Assembly: GCA_964639595.1 (NCBI GenBank)
Contig: CAZXEC010000001.1
Location: 326,903 to 390,902 of the forward strand
Reading direction: 5' to 3'
Origin: an uncultured Gammaproteobacteria bacterium
GTDB taxonomy: Bacteria > Patescibacteriota > Microgenomatia > CAZXEC01
DNA length: 64,000 nucleotides
In this document: positions 1-10,029 of the stretch, one piece after another
Position numbering within the stretch: the stretch's first letter is position 1
Layout: each line of letters opens with the position of its first letter
Notes under the pieces: generated by a model
Database searches by the model: none
Told to the model about the DNA's origin: nothing
Seen by the model: the letters and a program-made list of their open reading frames with translations, nothing else
Made by a program: the position numbers and the translations under genes

Positions 1-1
1 G

Positions 2-670
2 TGGGGAATTTTTTCAGGTATCACCACTAACCCACTAATTTTTCGTGAAGTTGCCTCGACAGAACCGTTGGCATATTATCAAAAAATAGCTCACCTTTTC
101 CCAAATGTTCCGGTGTCTATCCAGTTGCTGGAAGGGGATGTAGAAACACTAGTCAAACAAGGTAAGGCTTTTGCCGGACTTGCCCCCAATGTCGTTGTTA
201 AAGTTCCCATGTTTGGAGATGGCCGAGGCTTGACTGTTTTGACAGCCTTGACTCAAGAAGGTATCAAAGTTAATGTGACCGGGCTGATGAGTGCAGAACA
301 ATTACTACTGGCGCTGATAGCTAGTCCCGGGCCTTCTTATGTTTCTCTTTTTTTTAACAGGATAAAAGATGGTGGAGGTAATCCCCAAAAAGAAATTAGC
401 AACGCCAGAGAGCTAATTGAAAAAATAGGGTCAGCGGCCAAAATTATTGTCGGCTCAATCCGCAAAGGTGATGATGTTAGAGAAGGTATGGTCGCTGGTG
501 GCCATATAGTTACCGTAACACCGAAGGTCCTTGCCGTGATGGTCAATCATCCCAAGTCTGTGGAATTTATCACCCAATCTCAATCAGCTTGGGATGAGAT
601 TATGGGTTTGCGCAGAAGTAGGCCTCAAACAAGAACTCTACACCAAAGAGCTCCACGTTCTAAAAAATGA
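2..670 (+). CDS. Transaldolase / fructose-6-phosphate aldolase family (TalC/Fsa-like), 5'-truncated at the window edge
   Basis: The frame is open from base 2 with no stop upstream of the listed TTG at 68. GIFSGITTNPLIF matches the transaldolase GVTTNP motif, and YVSLFFNRI matches YVSPFVGRI. The size is right for the ~220 aa Fsa subfamily. The C-terminus carries an unusual basic extension. Confidence 0.8.
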   Translation, partial: WGIFSGITTNPLIFREVASTEPLAYYQKIAHLFPNVPVSIQLLEGDVETLVKQGKAFAGLAPNVVVKVPMFGDGRGLTVLTALTQEGIKVNVTGLMSAEQLLLALIASPGPSYVSLFFNRIKDGGGNPQKEISNARELIEKIGSAAKIIVGSIRKGDDVREGMVAGGHIVTVTPKVLAVMVNHPKSVEFITQSQSAWDEIMGLRRSRPQTRTLHQRAPRSKK

Positions 671-711
671 ATCTCTTTTAGTTCGTTGCTGCCCAAGTAA
701 AGGTTGAATTT

Positions 712-1671
712 ATGAAATATATTATAGTGGGATTTGGTAATATTGGCCATAAAAGGCAGGCTATTTTAGGCCCTAGGTGTATTGCCACGGTTGACCCGGA
801 TCCCAGGACTAAAGCTGATTTTGCCGATTCATCACAAGTTCCAAGAAGCTTAATAGACGAATGCCGGGCGGTCATAGTGGCAGTGCCCCGCCAGCCTAAA
901 CTAGAACTGGTGGAATATTGGCTGTTGCGCAGCAAGCATGTGCTGGTGGAAAAACCTGTAGTCATTACCAAAACTCAAGCCAAGAGACTACAAAGTATAG
1001 CCAGAAAAAATAAGGTGATCTGGTATACGGCCTACAATCATCGGTTTGAGCCCAATATTGCCAGAATTAAAAAATTATTAGCCAAAAAAACCATTGGTAA
1101 ACTGTATCATGGCCAAATTGCTTATGGTTTTGGCAACGTGAAAGAACTTAAAAAAACCTGGCGGGAAACCGGCTACGGGGTTTTAGATGAAGTCGGTTGT
1201 CATTTGGTTGATTTTGCGCACTGGTTTTATGGGTATAGAGCGGAAGATTTTCGAGGGGAGAGATTTGGCAGTAATGAATTATCAGTCTGGGATTATTGTA
1301 CTTTTGGCACGACAGACGGTAAATTAATTGCAGAAGCCAGTTGGGTAACTTGGAAAAATTCTTTTTCCATAGAGTTTTTTGGCAGCTTGGGATCAATACA
1401 TCTGAGCGGATTGTGCAAATGGGGTACGAGTCGCTTGACTATTAGAACTAGGATTTTCCCCGCCGGAGTGCCCATAGAGAAAATTTTTGTCGAGAAAGGA
1501 CCGGACCAGACTTGGACAAAAGATCTGAAGTATTTTGAAAATCAGGTTAGGCAAAATAAAACAACGTATGATAACGATTTGGTCACCAGCCAAGCTTTAG
1601 TAAATATAGCCAAAAGCCTTGACCAGAAATTAAAAAACGAACAAGTGTATAAGAAACTTAAGGGATTATGA
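712..1671 (+). CDS. Gfo/Idh/MocA-family NAD(P)-dependent oxidoreductase, probably a sugar dehydrogenase
   Basis: N-terminal Rossmann motif IIVGFGNIGHKR and a 319 aa length; ATG start with an upstream AGGT. Confidence 0.65.
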   Translation: MKYIIVGFGNIGHKRQAILGPRCIATVDPDPRTKADFADSSQVPRSLIDECRAVIVAVPRQPKLELVEYWLLRSKHVLVEKPVVITKTQAKRLQSIARKNKVIWYTAYNHRFEPNIARIKKLLAKKTIGKLYHGQIAYGFGNVKELKKTWRETGYGVLDEVGCHLVDFAHWFYGYRAEDFRGERFGSNELSVWDYCTFGTTDGKLIAEASWVTWKNSFSIEFFGSLGSIHLSGLCKWGTSRLTIRTRIFPAGVPIEKIFVEKGPDQTWTKDLKYFENQVRQNKTTYDNDLVTSQALVNIAKSLDQKLKNEQVYKKLKGL

Positions 1672-2978
1672 ACAAAATTTCCAAAATAGCCTTTGTTGGC
1701 CTGTCTCATTTGGGACTGGTCACCTCCATCTGCACAGCATCCAAACATAGTAATGTAATTGGACTAGATACTGATGCTTTGCTGGTATCTTCCCTAAAAA
1801 AAGGAAAGCTTCCCGTGTATGAGCCTGGATTAGATAAATTGTTGGGAAAGGTAGAAAAAAGAATCAGTTTTTCAAATGATTTCTCTCAACTGGCATCATG
1901 TGATGTAGTTTTTTTTGCTCAAGATACGGCCACCGACGGCTCCGGGTCAGTAGATAAATTAAACAGGTTAGTTAGTTTGTCCCTGCCATATTTTAAGCCG
2001 CGCGCGCAACTTATTTTTATCAGTCAAGTGCCGGTGGGATATTACAGGCAACTGGTACGTGATATAAAAAAGAAAAAGCCGAAGTTGAAGTTTTCCCTTT
2101 ATCACTGGATTGATACATTAATTATGACCCAAGCCATAGCCAGCTTCTTGACACCATCCCGCATCATCATTGGCATGGCAGATCCAAAAAAGCCGGTCGA
2201 TGATAAATTAAAAATTATCCTGAATTGGTTTGACTGTCCGGTTTTTTACATGTCCTATGAGAGCGCTGAAGTTACTAAAGCGGCCATCAATCTATATCTG
2301 GCTACCAGTGTCACTTATGCCAACACAGTGGCTGACTATTGCGAAGCAGTGGGTGCCAATATTTATGAAATAATCCCGGCGCTGGCAACTGACAGGCGGA
2401 TAGGCCAATTTGCCTATATCAGGCCGGGTTTGAAAATTGCCGGAGGCCATCTGGAAAGAGATCTGCTCATGCTGTCAAGATTAGCAAAAAAAGCCCAGAT
2501 TAACTCCGGAGTAGTTGATTTTATTATTAAATATGACCGACGCAGATTTGGCTGGCTGAAGAAGCAGTTAAATAATCATTTGCTGTCAAAAACCAAAATG
2601 CCGAAAATCTGCATCTGGGGCTTATCATATAAACCCAACTCGGCATCACAAACTGGAGCGATATCGCAACTGGTAATAAAATACTTAAAAGGAAAAGCTG
2701 GCTTGGCAGTTTATGATCCCCAGGCCAAATTATTGGAAAATATTAATTGGGCTGTTCAATATCGCAACAAATGGCAGGCCCTGAAGAGGGCTGACTGTTT
2801 GATAATACTGACGCCTTGGGATGAATTTAAGACGGTCAAGATATCTAATATTGTCAAAAAAATGAAAGATAAATTAGTTATAGATCCAACAGGTTTATAT
2901 GCGGATCGGGAAAAAGAGTTAGATAAATTGCGCTATTTCTCATTAGGCTTCTCAAACCAGGATTTATCGATCTCATAG
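1668..2978 (+). CDS. Nucleotide-sugar dehydrogenase (UDP-glucose/GDP-mannose 6-dehydrogenase family)
   Basis: N-terminal KIAFVGLSHLGLV NAD-binding motif, a central dimerisation region, and a C-terminal GLSYKPNSASQTGA resembling GLAFKPNTDD. The start overlaps the upstream stop as ATGA. Confidence 0.8.
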   Translation: MNKISKIAFVGLSHLGLVTSICTASKHSNVIGLDTDALLVSSLKKGKLPVYEPGLDKLLGKVEKRISFSNDFSQLASCDVVFFAQDTATDGSGSVDKLNRLVSLSLPYFKPRAQLIFISQVPVGYYRQLVRDIKKKKPKLKFSLYHWIDTLIMTQAIASFLTPSRIIIGMADPKKPVDDKLKIILNWFDCPVFYMSYESAEVTKAAINLYLATSVTYANTVADYCEAVGANIYEIIPALATDRRIGQFAYIRPGLKIAGGHLERDLLMLSRLAKKAQINSGVVDFIIKYDRRRFGWLKKQLNNHLLSKTKMPKICIWGLSYKPNSASQTGAISQLVIKYLKGKAGLAVYDPQAKLLENINWAVQYRNKWQALKRADCLIILTPWDEFKTVKISNIVKKMKDKLVIDPTGLYADREKELDKLRYFSLGFSNQDLSIS

Positions 2979-4588
2979 ACTACGGCGTTATTATCAAAGG
3001 TCTTGATATGTGTGAGGGGCGGCCCCACTTGAGATGGATCAAACATGAACAACAAGTCTTGTTCCTGAATGTCACGATCAACTAACACGTAATCAACCCC
3101 GAATTCCTTAATTTGCCTTACGACCACCTCGTACCCGTAGCCGGAAGTGGTATGAGGAAAATATATTATTTCGCCGTCGGCATACCAGGCGTAGCCTTCT
3201 CTTCTGGTCATGATCTTGGGTCTGTTGATGGTGGTATAGTTTTTGATCCATTCGCCCTGTTCTTTAATTTGAGGGATTGAAGACAGCGATGGTACGCCGG
3301 GTTTTAGATCACCATATATTAAAGCGATGTTATTCTTGGCAATTACAAAAATGATAACTATTATCACCAAAGGCTGCCAGATTATCTTCATGGGTTTTGG
3401 TAAAAACATGCCAGCTACTTGCCAGATGGCATATACTCCCCATCCCTGCAAGATTAAAAGTACTGGCATGAGCCATAATACGTACCTGTCAACTACGCCT
3501 TGGGAGATCATCATCAGAAGAATAAATTGCGGTAGGATGTTGGCCATCAAATAAATAGTAAATTTGTCTTTGATGACAATTAATGAGGCTACTGCTCCGA
3601 TTAGAATAAGGTATATATAAAAACCCTGGAAAAATTGGGAGAGTAACCTCATATTAGCTAAAAATTTATCCCAGGCGCTGGAGATTAAAGCATCCCTACC
3701 TTTCCATAGCTTGGAAGATAGTGAGACTCCGTAAAATTCAGAGTTGAGATTGGGGTGGTCTATTGACCAGGCATCTTGGGCCAGGTTAGAAGACCCATCA
3801 GATGTCACCGTGGTCACATGAGCCGGACCAAAAGCCAGTGCTGCTTTTACTGGTGACAAAACCGGCCGCTCCGCTCTAATTGATAATGTCCCCAAGTATG
3901 GAAGTAAAACAATATTGAAAATAAGGAACATGATCACTAAATTACGAATAACCCGGACCCCTTTTGTTTTTACGATGAAGAGTTGATATATAAAAAAGAG
4001 AACAAGAAAGGTATAAAAAATAGATTGCGTCTCTTGCCTGGTCCAGTAGGTTAAACCAAAGAAAGTTGGCGCCAGCAGCAGATAAAACCACTTTTTGCTT
4101 GTCAGAGCCAAGTATCCCAGAAAAAAAGAGCAATAAAGAAAAAAAACATATTGGTGCTCTGTGAGGGCAACAATAGATGATGTATGAAAAATAGGAAACG
4201 TGGCAATCATTATTGACATGATGAGGCCTATCTTCCAGGATGCGTACCTGGCGAAAAATATGTAGGTGGCGATAGGAAGCAAGAAGCTAAAAATTGCCGG
4301 GACCAGTCTGGCGGCAAATTCCCAATTATTAAAAAAGCTATAGGTAATAGCCATAACTAATGGGTATCCCCCTGGCCAATAGAGATGAACAATTTTGTAA
4401 TACTCGCCTTGCAAAAACCTTTTGGCCATGGTGGCATAGATGGCATCATCGCTGTAGAAAATAAGTTCTTGGGATTTGATAGCTGCTAATTTAATATCAA
4501 AAATCCAGATCGCCATTGCCGCCACAACGACAAATGACAAAAACGGCAGGATATTTTTTCTGATAAATACTTTTCTTAAAAATAACAT
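2933..4588 (-). CDS. GT-C fold membrane glycosyltransferase, ArnT/PMT-like (GT39/GT83-like)
   Basis: More than 10 predicted TM helices. The first extracytoplasmic loop carries YSDDAIY, analogous to the DExxY of ArnT, followed by a W-PGGYPL motif. A ~150 aa soluble C-terminal domain follows. It is a paralog of 28724..30328. Confidence 0.6.
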   Translation of the reverse strand: MLFLRKVFIRKNILPFLSFVVVAAMAIWIFDIKLAAIKSQELIFYSDDAIYATMAKRFLQGEYYKIVHLYWPGGYPLVMAITYSFFNNWEFAARLVPAIFSFLLPIATYIFFARYASWKIGLIMSIMIATFPIFHTSSIVALTEHQYVFFLYCSFFLGYLALTSKKWFYLLLAPTFFGLTYWTRQETQSIFYTFLVLFFIYQLFIVKTKGVRVIRNLVIMFLIFNIVLLPYLGTLSIRAERPVLSPVKAALAFGPAHVTTVTSDGSSNLAQDAWSIDHPNLNSEFYGVSLSSKLWKGRDALISSAWDKFLANMRLLSQFFQGFYIYLILIGAVASLIVIKDKFTIYLMANILPQFILLMMISQGVVDRYVLWLMPVLLILQGWGVYAIWQVAGMFLPKPMKIIWQPLVIIVIIFVIAKNNIALIYGDLKPGVPSLSSIPQIKEQGEWIKNYTTINRPKIMTRREGYAWYADGEIIYFPHTTSGYGYEVVVRQIKEFGVDYVLVDRDIQEQDLLFMFDPSQVGPPLTHIKTFDNNAVVYEIDKSWFEKPNEK

Positions 4589-4594
4589 GGATGA

Positions 4595-5473
4595 CTATTT
4601 CTTATACAATTTAGGTTTGTAGCCGATCGATACGGTTTGCAGGCTGAAGAATCTCATCAGACTGGAATGGTCAAGCAAGGTTGCAATAAAAACAAGAGGC
4701 CGAACAATCGCATTATCCCAAATAAACCTGTAAATACCGTAGATATTTTTCCATTCCATAAAAAGATCCATATATCTAACCAGACGGGGGAAAATGATCA
4801 TTCCAGTTATTTTAATATTAACAAATCCGGCATTTTCCAACCATTTCTTTTGCTCCCAAGGGAAAAAAGACGGTTCATAACTAGTAACATTTTTCAAAAC
4901 TCTGTTAAAAAGCTCATTAATAAAATATGCCAACCACATATCTAATTTGTTATTAACTCCACTGATAAAAATACCTCCTGGTGTTAAGACCCTGAATGCT
5001 TCTTTCACTGCCTGTTCATTTTCCCTAATATGCTCGATAGTACCATAGCTAAAAACAATATCGAAATAATTGTCCGGAAATGGTAACTGGCGGACATCAC
5101 CTATCAAAAATTTAGCAGTGTCGGTTTTCGATCTAAAGTTCCTTTTGGCTAGTCTGATTACTGCCGGTGAAATGTCTATTCCGTAGTAATCACATCCTTG
5201 TGATAAAAACCAATCTGCCAGTGTAGTTGTACTCATGGCTTCATTGTAAAGATCATATTTTAGGACTTTGAGGCCTGTTTTATGTGGTAGGTAAATTTTA
5301 AGTAACCTTACAATTGATTGGACGAAATATAAATCAGATAGGGTTGGTTTGGTGATGTGTTTATGGGGGCTATTTTTGACAACCTCATCCCATCTTTTGG
5401 CCAGTGTCCTATTAACCTCGTCCCAGTTATTGAAAAAATCTGACTTATTGTAGGTGCCTGTTTTTTTTGTCAT
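4595..5473 (-). CDS. Class I SAM-dependent methyltransferase
   Basis: Motif I is DYYGIDISPAVIRLAK, and the later LTPGGIFIS matches the Methyltransf_11/25 pattern. Confidence 0.7.
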   Translation of the reverse strand: MTKKTGTYNKSDFFNNWDEVNRTLAKRWDEVVKNSPHKHITKPTLSDLYFVQSIVRLLKIYLPHKTGLKVLKYDLYNEAMSTTTLADWFLSQGCDYYGIDISPAVIRLAKRNFRSKTDTAKFLIGDVRQLPFPDNYFDIVFSYGTIEHIRENEQAVKEAFRVLTPGGIFISGVNNKLDMWLAYFINELFNRVLKNVTSYEPSFFPWEQKKWLENAGFVNIKITGMIIFPRLVRYMDLFMEWKNIYGIYRFIWDNAIVRPLVFIATLLDHSSLMRFFSLQTVSIGYKPKLYKK

Positions 5474-5480
5474 GAGGGTA

Positions 5481-6791
5481 TTATAGTAAGAGCTTGTTCA
5501 GCAGATCGTTTGGTGTTTCGGCTTGCCTGATGATTTTTATTTGTTGATTGGAGCTGACGAAAACCACAACTGGTCTAAGAATTGTAAACTGGTTTGAACG
5601 TGTTAGAGAATAAGCCCCGGCATCTAAAACTAAAACTATATCTCCCACTGCCATTTCGGGTAATTTCTGATCTGTTGCCAAAACATCGGCAGTATTGAGT
5701 GTGGGCCCGGCGATGTTGTAGCGACGGGTAGGTTTTCGATGGGCTTTATTGGCAATAATAAATCCCCGCCTAATAAAAAATATACTCTCTGGTACCAAAT
5801 TAATTCCACCATCTATAAAAATCCAATCCTTTTTGACAGCCACTACTCGAGTTACCAAGATGCCAGTATCAGAAACTAAAAATCTTCCCGGTTCCAACAC
5901 TAACTCTATTTCAGGTAGGTGATAATTATTGAGCATTTCCCTGAATTTAGTTCCGATTTTTTTACCAAATTCTTCAATCGACGGGGCTTTACTGTATTGA
6001 GATATTCCAGCCTTGTTCAAGATGATATTTTGCAGTGAATAATAATTAAGGCTCTGTAATCCGTATCCGCCGCCGATATTGATAGTTTTAATACTAAGTC
6101 CTAACTGGTCTCTAAGTCTGGCTGCTAAGGTAACTAATCTTTCGATGGACTTTTGGTAGTAGGATGGATCGGTAATCATTGAGCCAATATGGCTGGAGAT
6201 AGCCATCGGTTGCACATGAGAATAGGAAAGAGCCTTGCTATAAGCATCAACCGCTTGGGAAATGGGAATTCCGAATTTACTGATATAACCCTCGATAAAG
6301 CTTTTTAATATTGACATTTTTAACTCTGGATAAATTCTAAAGCTGATGTTGACCTTAATGTCTAATTTTTGGGCAATTTTGGCAACTCTTGCCAAAAGAT
6401 CTAAAGAGTCCACATTAAAAACTGCAACTCCTTTTTTAATGCAGAAGGCAATTTCCTGATCGTTCCAAGCCGGGCCATCAATAATCAATTCAGAAGCATC
6501 AAAGCCTGCTTTTTGAGCAAGGAGTACCTCTAGTGCCGAAGCTATTTCTCCTCTGCTGCCTTGGGATCTGAGAGTCTTGAGTATTTGAGGTTCAAAATTA
6601 GTTTTTACCGAATAGTAGATGCTAGTTTTTCTGTAATATTTTTGGAAAGCGGCAGATAGTGCGTGGTAATTATCAATTAATCTTTTTTCGCTAAACAAAA
6701 AAAATGGAGTACCGAATTTCTTGATCAGCTTGTCTAGCGGAACGCCATCGAATTTAACCTTATCCTGCACCAAATTAACACCGCTGATCAT
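5481..6791 (-). CDS. Fold-type III PLP-dependent decarboxylase (Orn/DAP/Arg decarboxylase family), substrate unknown
   Basis: N-terminal TPFFLFSEKRL resembles TPLYVYD. The PLP-lysine motif YYSVKTN, the Gly-rich NIGGGYG and the C-terminal LEPGRFLV are all present. Confidence 0.75.
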   Translation of the reverse strand: MISGVNLVQDKVKFDGVPLDKLIKKFGTPFFLFSEKRLIDNYHALSAAFQKYYRKTSIYYSVKTNFEPQILKTLRSQGSRGEIASALEVLLAQKAGFDASELIIDGPAWNDQEIAFCIKKGVAVFNVDSLDLLARVAKIAQKLDIKVNISFRIYPELKMSILKSFIEGYISKFGIPISQAVDAYSKALSYSHVQPMAISSHIGSMITDPSYYQKSIERLVTLAARLRDQLGLSIKTINIGGGYGLQSLNYYSLQNIILNKAGISQYSKAPSIEEFGKKIGTKFREMLNNYHLPEIELVLEPGRFLVSDTGILVTRVVAVKKDWIFIDGGINLVPESIFFIRRGFIIANKAHRKPTRRYNIAGPTLNTADVLATDQKLPEMAVGDIVLVLDAGAYSLTRSNQFTILRPVVVFVSSNQQIKIIRQAETPNDLLNKLLL

Positions 6792-6805
6792 AGAATGGTA
6801 TTATA

Positions 6806-7795
6806 TCAGCTCGTTTTTAAGTAAGCAATCAAACTTTTTATGCCCTGGGCATAATTAACCTTGGGTGAAAAGTTAAGCTCCTTGGTTGCTTTGGTGATAT
6901 CGTAGTTCCAATTGTTGGCAATGGTTTTGACTTTCATGACCGTAATTGGTGGCTCCCGATAAAACAATTTAGGCCATAATCGGTGGCCTTGTAGATAAAT
7001 AAACTCAATAATATATGCAGCCAGGAGTGCAATCCTCTTGGGAATGTTCAGTGGCGAATAGTCGCTTCCTAACTCCCTGGCAATTATCTCTGCCAGTGAT
7101 TTAATCTGAATAGGTTTTGCCCCAGCTATGATATATATTTGGTTTACCCCTGCTTGTTTGATGACATGCAAAAAAGCTTCCACTAGGTCATCAATATAGA
7201 TCAAATGCAGTAGGTTACACCCATTGCCAATGATAAAAAATTGCCTCTTTCTTATCAGGTTGACCATTTTCATCACCATTCCTGTTTTATTATCACCTGG
7301 TCCGTAGACGATGCATGGTCTGATGATAGTAAATGGTATATGGTATTTTTGGTAAAGTTGTCTGCAAGTTTCCTCCAATTTTATTTTGGAAATTCCATAA
7401 ATGTCCGTTGCCGCCAGAGGATGTTTTTCATCAGCCGGCAAATATTGTAGATCTCCCATTGCATATACAGAACTGGTGATAATCAGGTGCTCAAGTTGGG
7501 AATTTTGGGTAATGATTTTTAGTAAAGACTGACTGTTGGTCGATGGTATTTTGCCATCAGGATCCCATGGTGATCTTTCTGCAGCTAGATGAATCAATAT
7601 CTGGCAAGAATTGAGATTTTTGATGAAAGTTTGCGGTCGATTAATATCACCAGTGATTATTTTTACACCCTTGGCTAACATATTACTTGCCAAAGGGTGC
7701 CTGGCTAGGACAGAAATTTCGTAGCCTTCTTGAGTTAGCCTTTTGATTAGATGTTGCCCGATAAAGCCTGTCGCACCTGTAATAAATATTCTCAT
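6806..7795 (-). CDS. NAD-dependent epimerase/dehydratase (extended SDR family)
   Basis: MRIFITGATGFIGQHL Rossmann motif. The start is set at the internal Met; the track ORF extends 12 codons further to 7831. It does not look like gmd. Confidence 0.7.
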   Translation of the reverse strand: MRIFITGATGFIGQHLIKRLTQEGYEISVLARHPLASNMLAKGVKIITGDINRPQTFIKNLNSCQILIHLAAERSPWDPDGKIPSTNSQSLLKIITQNSQLEHLIITSSVYAMGDLQYLPADEKHPLAATDIYGISKIKLEETCRQLYQKYHIPFTIIRPCIVYGPGDNKTGMVMKMVNLIRKRQFFIIGNGCNLLHLIYIDDLVEAFLHVIKQAGVNQIYIIAGAKPIQIKSLAEIIARELGSDYSPLNIPKRIALLAAYIIEFIYLQGHRLWPKLFYREPPITVMKVKTIANNWNYDITKATKELNFSPKVNYAQGIKSLIAYLKTS

Positions 7796-7875
7796 AGAAA
7801 GGATCGGATAAACAGACGGTAGCATAGACAACTGTCACAAGCAAGTCAATCTGTTGTAAAATGTCTTAAAATAAG

Positions 7876-10029
7876 ATGTTTGGTAAACAAGCAAAACTCG
7901 CGTCTGGTAATCTGGCTTTGGTTATAATACTATTTTTGGCCGCCCTGGTGAGGTTTTACGGCCTTTTTCCCAATACTCTTCTTCATCCTGATGAACCGCA
8001 TTTGCTCGCGTCAGGACAGAAAATTGCCAAAAATGTTTTAACTAATTTTGATTTCTCTGCCGATGTCTCGCAGTATCCTTATAAATACGGTTCCTCCATG
8101 TATTATCTGCATGGTGCGCTGCAGACAGGTGCGTTATTAGGTATTTATGCTTTGCATTCCTTGTTGCCTCATTTGTTGGAAAATTTTCCGCAAAAATCAG
8201 ATCTTTTGACTTTCTTGACTGACACAGGACTATATAATTACCAAAATTTGCTTTTGACCGAATCGCGGCTGGTGACCGCTTTATTTGGTATAGGAACAGT
8301 GCTGTTGACTTTTTTGATCGGCAGGAGATTATTTGGCTATCCAGTGGGTATTCTGGCTGCGCTTATATTAACATTTGCACCACTGCATGTACGAGATTCC
8401 CACTATGCCACCGTTGATATTCCGCAATTATTTTTCATTCTCTTATCAGTATTTTGGCTAATTAAAGTTTTTCAGACAGGTAAAACTAGATTCTATTTAT
8501 TGGCAGGCTTGACCATTGGTTTTGCCACTTCTTTGAAGTATTTCCCCATTGCTGTGTTGCTTTACCCCTTGGCGCATTTTTTGGGTGCTGGCCGGCAAAA
8601 ATTATTAGACCAAAAATTTTGGCTGGGATGGGCTATGATGCCCATTGGTTTTTTGGTCAGTTCACCTACTCTACCTTTCCATTTTGGAGATTTTTTGAAT
8701 ACCCTCATTATTAGCAGTCAATGGTATGCCCCAGGGGTGGTTTCTGCCAAAATCCACTGGTGGCAGTTTTTCATTCCCCCTTATGTTCATCCTTTTCATT
8801 GGTCATTTGTATTTTTTATCGGATTTGGGGTGATGCCAACATTGTTGGCTATTTGGGGATTTATTATTGCTTGGAAACAGCATCCCCGACCGATGCTTTT
8901 CTTATCAGTAGTGCCGGTTGTTAATTTTATCTTCATCACTTTTTATCTTAAAGAAATTTATGAAAGATTATCTTTGCCCAGCCTGCCATTTTTAGCATTA
9001 TTTGCCGGTTATGGCTTATGGCAGCTGGTGCGATGCGTCAAGCCGGACAAGTTGAAAGCGGTGGTATTAACGATGACACTGGGAGTTGTTTTGTTTTATC
9101 CGGCTCAAGAATCGATCTCTGCCAGCTGGGCTTGTTCTCAGGAGATTACCGATTATCAAGCCCGGGATTGGATCAAGGATAATATCGCACCGGGATCTAC
9201 TTTTGGTTTTTCTCCGGGTATGCGCATTCCAGAAACTGGTACCAAGCCAGTCAGAATGGATGTGACATCGATGTTCTCTTGGCCAGAAGCAGAGGAAGCA
9301 GGTGTGAATTTGGTGTTTTTTAATTCCGGTTATTATAATTATTATCAGTATTGGGCGCTTGATTATTTTAGTCGTCCAGAAGATCTTCTTGCCAACAGTT
9401 TTGTGGGAGCGGCACTTCGCCAGTATCAAACACAATCCCAGCTGGTTAAAAAATTTGTCAAGCCTTACACCTGCATGGGTAATGATATTTACGCCTATAG
9501 GCTGGCAAAACTTTTACAGCCCGGCAGTCGCCATTTGATTTATCAAGACTCTTGGGAAAAAAGCAGCCAGGAATGGCGGTTGGTGGAATTTCCTGTTTTT
9601 GGTCAACAACAAGCTCTTTTGAGTACCAATTCTAATGATTTAGTGTTTACTTGGCAACGTGGCGCTGACAAGATGTGGGAAAAGAATAGCTATCCCACGC
9701 CGCGAGCAGTGGTTGGCCCCTTCCCGGTTACACCGGGCAAGATGTATTTTTTACAAGCTCGACTGTCATCAGGTAAAGAAATTCCTAAAGAAAAACGTGA
9801 TGGCTTCTTTAGAATAGATTTCTATAAACAGCGAAGTATTGGTAACAAGCCAGGTTTTGATGTTGCTTTATCTGGGCGCTATTGGGGTCAGGGAGAAAAA
9901 ACTGTCCAAACCCAAGCAGTTGCTCCACCTGGCGCTGTTTTTGCCACCCTGTCTTTTCAGACAACAATGGTAGAAGAAAAAGGTGATTTTCGCATAAGCC
10001 AAGTGCAATTTTTCCAAATGGAAGACTAA
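7876..10029 (+). CDS. GT-C membrane glycosyltransferase (PMT_2/ArnT-like) with a C-terminal CBM-like beta-sandwich domain
   Basis: LHPDEPHLL acidic loop motif, HVRDSHYATVDIPQLFF, and more than 10 TM helices. The ~200 aa C-terminus (WVK..FFRIDFYKQ..ATLSF..QVQFF) resembles a CBM4/9-type domain. Paralog of 10807..12996. Confidence 0.6.
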   Translation: MFGKQAKLASGNLALVIILFLAALVRFYGLFPNTLLHPDEPHLLASGQKIAKNVLTNFDFSADVSQYPYKYGSSMYYLHGALQTGALLGIYALHSLLPHLLENFPQKSDLLTFLTDTGLYNYQNLLLTESRLVTALFGIGTVLLTFLIGRRLFGYPVGILAALILTFAPLHVRDSHYATVDIPQLFFILLSVFWLIKVFQTGKTRFYLLAGLTIGFATSLKYFPIAVLLYPLAHFLGAGRQKLLDQKFWLGWAMMPIGFLVSSPTLPFHFGDFLNTLIISSQWYAPGVVSAKIHWWQFFIPPYVHPFHWSFVFFIGFGVMPTLLAIWGFIIAWKQHPRPMLFLSVVPVVNFIFITFYLKEIYERLSLPSLPFLALFAGYGLWQLVRCVKPDKLKAVVLTMTLGVVLFYPAQESISASWACSQEITDYQARDWIKDNIAPGSTFGFSPGMRIPETGTKPVRMDVTSMFSWPEAEEAGVNLVFFNSGYYNYYQYWALDYFSRPEDLLANSFVGAALRQYQTQSQLVKKFVKPYTCMGNDIYAYRLAKLLQPGSRHLIYQDSWEKSSQEWRLVEFPVFGQQQALLSTNSNDLVFTWQRGADKMWEKNSYPTPRAVVGPFPVTPGKMYFLQARLSSGKEIPKEKRDGFFRIDFYKQRSIGNKPGFDVALSGRYWGQGEKTVQTQAVAPPGAVFATLSFQTTMVEEKGDFRISQVQFFQMED

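Noticed and set aside
348-355. A T8 homopolymer inside the transaldolase gene, a possible frameshift site.
   Set aside because: The frame is continuous through it, and the translation YVSLFFNRI matches the conserved YVSPFVGRI region. There is no evidence of disruption.
337-546. Many 60-130 aa ORFs antisense to, or out of frame within, the large CDSs. Examples: 337..546(-), 1148..1593(-), 3327..3554(+), 9067..9435(-), 15023..15877, 22076..22729(-), 24394..25259(-), 30325..30531(-), 35637..35922, 43645..44111(-), 57579..58106(-) and 63737..63994(-).
   Set aside because: Each lies entirely inside a longer ORF with clear family motifs on the other strand or frame. Their sequences are low-complexity and motif-free, consistent with chance ORFs in AT-rich DNA.
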